Shown in pieces: positions 63,007 through 64,000 of a stretch of DNA of 64,000 bases. How positions within the stretch are numbered: position 1 is the first letter of the stretch; every line of letters starts with the position of its first letter. The notes beneath the pieces were generated by a model. That model saw nothing but the letters and a program-made list of their open reading frames with translations. It had not been told where the DNA came from and did no database searches. The DNA is from Mobula hypostoma (lineage: Eukaryota). The stretch covers positions 250,048,001 to 250,112,000 of the forward strand of contig NC_086097.1 in NCBI RefSeq assembly GCF_963921235.1, given 5' to 3'. The translations under genes and the position numbers were made by a program.

Positions 63007-64000
63007 TAAAATAAACTCAAGAACAAGCTTGTTTGTTCCATTATGAAGTGCATGAATAAATTGCTTTCTCTATTTAAACCTAGCCCAGCTGAGCGTCTGA
63101 ACACTGAATTGGGCCAAATACAATCATTAGTTCCAACCTCCTTTATGTCATGGACAAATGCCATTAAGGGGTCCATGGATCCCAGGTTGGGAATGGGAGC
63201 CCATGGTTTAGATTTCTTCAAATATATGCTTTAATTGATGCAGTTAGTTAAATTTCATTCTCTATTTTCTATTCCTGGGCTCTTCACATCTTGGATTCAT
63301 GTTGGATGTTGTACTGTTTCTTGATTAAGTAAAACAAGACCCTGTTGGACATTGATTGCCACAAGCCCGCTTCCCCTTGTTTGGTGTGGAGGCAGCTGGA
63401 TCACCTCATTTGTAACAAGGACTAGGCCTCAAGCCGTGGGCTTGTGTTGTAGTGTGGTGTCCGGGCTTGGCTGGGTGTTTCCGCTCTTGTCGGTGCTGCC
63501 CTCCAGTGTTGGATTGGTGGAATTACTGTCTGGATTGCTGGGAACCATTAATTTACAGGATTTACCACTCGGTCTTGGGCTAAAAGTGTGTTTTCTTACC
63601 TGACTATGTTTTTTTTTCCCCTTCCTTTCAATTTTGAATGCGCATGTATGTTTTTGCTCCTTGGCCCCAGGGGAGCACTGTCTCATTCGGCTGTATTCAC
63701 GTTATGTTTAAATGACAATTTGGTTTACTGTGTGGCTAATCCATCGTTTAATAACTGCTGAACTGATGATTGTATATTTTATTAATCATAAATTTGTTCA
63801 ACAGTTGAGATCTAATTCATAGTCTGAAACAATCAGGCGCAGTTCACCTACAGCCTACAGTTGAAAAAAATCATGTGAAAGTTTTAGAACGGGTAAGGTT
63901 AAATGAAGTGGATACTTAGATCAGGAATACTGCAATCCATTTACTTGCAGTATTGTACAAAAGTCTCAGGCACATATATAGCTAGGTTCCCTAAGACTTT

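Noticed and set aside
1..64000. CRISPR arrays, operons or other prokaryotic systems
   Set aside because: The sequence is a spliced vertebrate locus; recurring motifs are dispersed TE copies, not regularly spaced repeat-spacer arrays.

Overview
Vertebrate genomic DNA; the repeat landscape suggests a cartilaginous fish, probably a ray (inference). The window holds the 3' part of TAF2 (TFIID subunit 2) on the + strand as eight GT-AG coding exons (2960-3153, 4372-4511, 13518-13587, 19819-19928, 41634-41863, 52339-52491, 54343-54448, 59052-59317). These splice into one continuous frame ending in the His/Lys-rich tail, followed by a ~0.9 kb 3'UTR with AATAAA at 60230. The introns are packed with transposons: a full-length L1 with a 15-bp TSD that is one homopolymer base from intact, a complete decayed hAT with TIRs and an 8-bp TSD, two PIF/Harbinger deletion derivatives, and CR1, Rex1/Babar, RTE, Charlie-type hAT, Tc1, tRNA-SINE and Penelope-like (PLE) fragments. 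Highlights: (1) about ten degenerate copies of a minimal type I hammerhead ribozyme motif (consensus CAGTC-CTGATGA-AGGGTCTCGGCCC-GAAA-CGTC-GACTG), found at the 3' end of PLE GIY-YIG fragments and in short ORF-less units; (2) a frame-preserving TAF2 cassette exon ending in an ET-domain-binding-like motif (SKVKLKIK); (3) a ~165-bp-arm fold-back repeat in the intron after that exon; (4) an RTE insertion with twin-priming-like inversion. All calls are by eye, without database searches.
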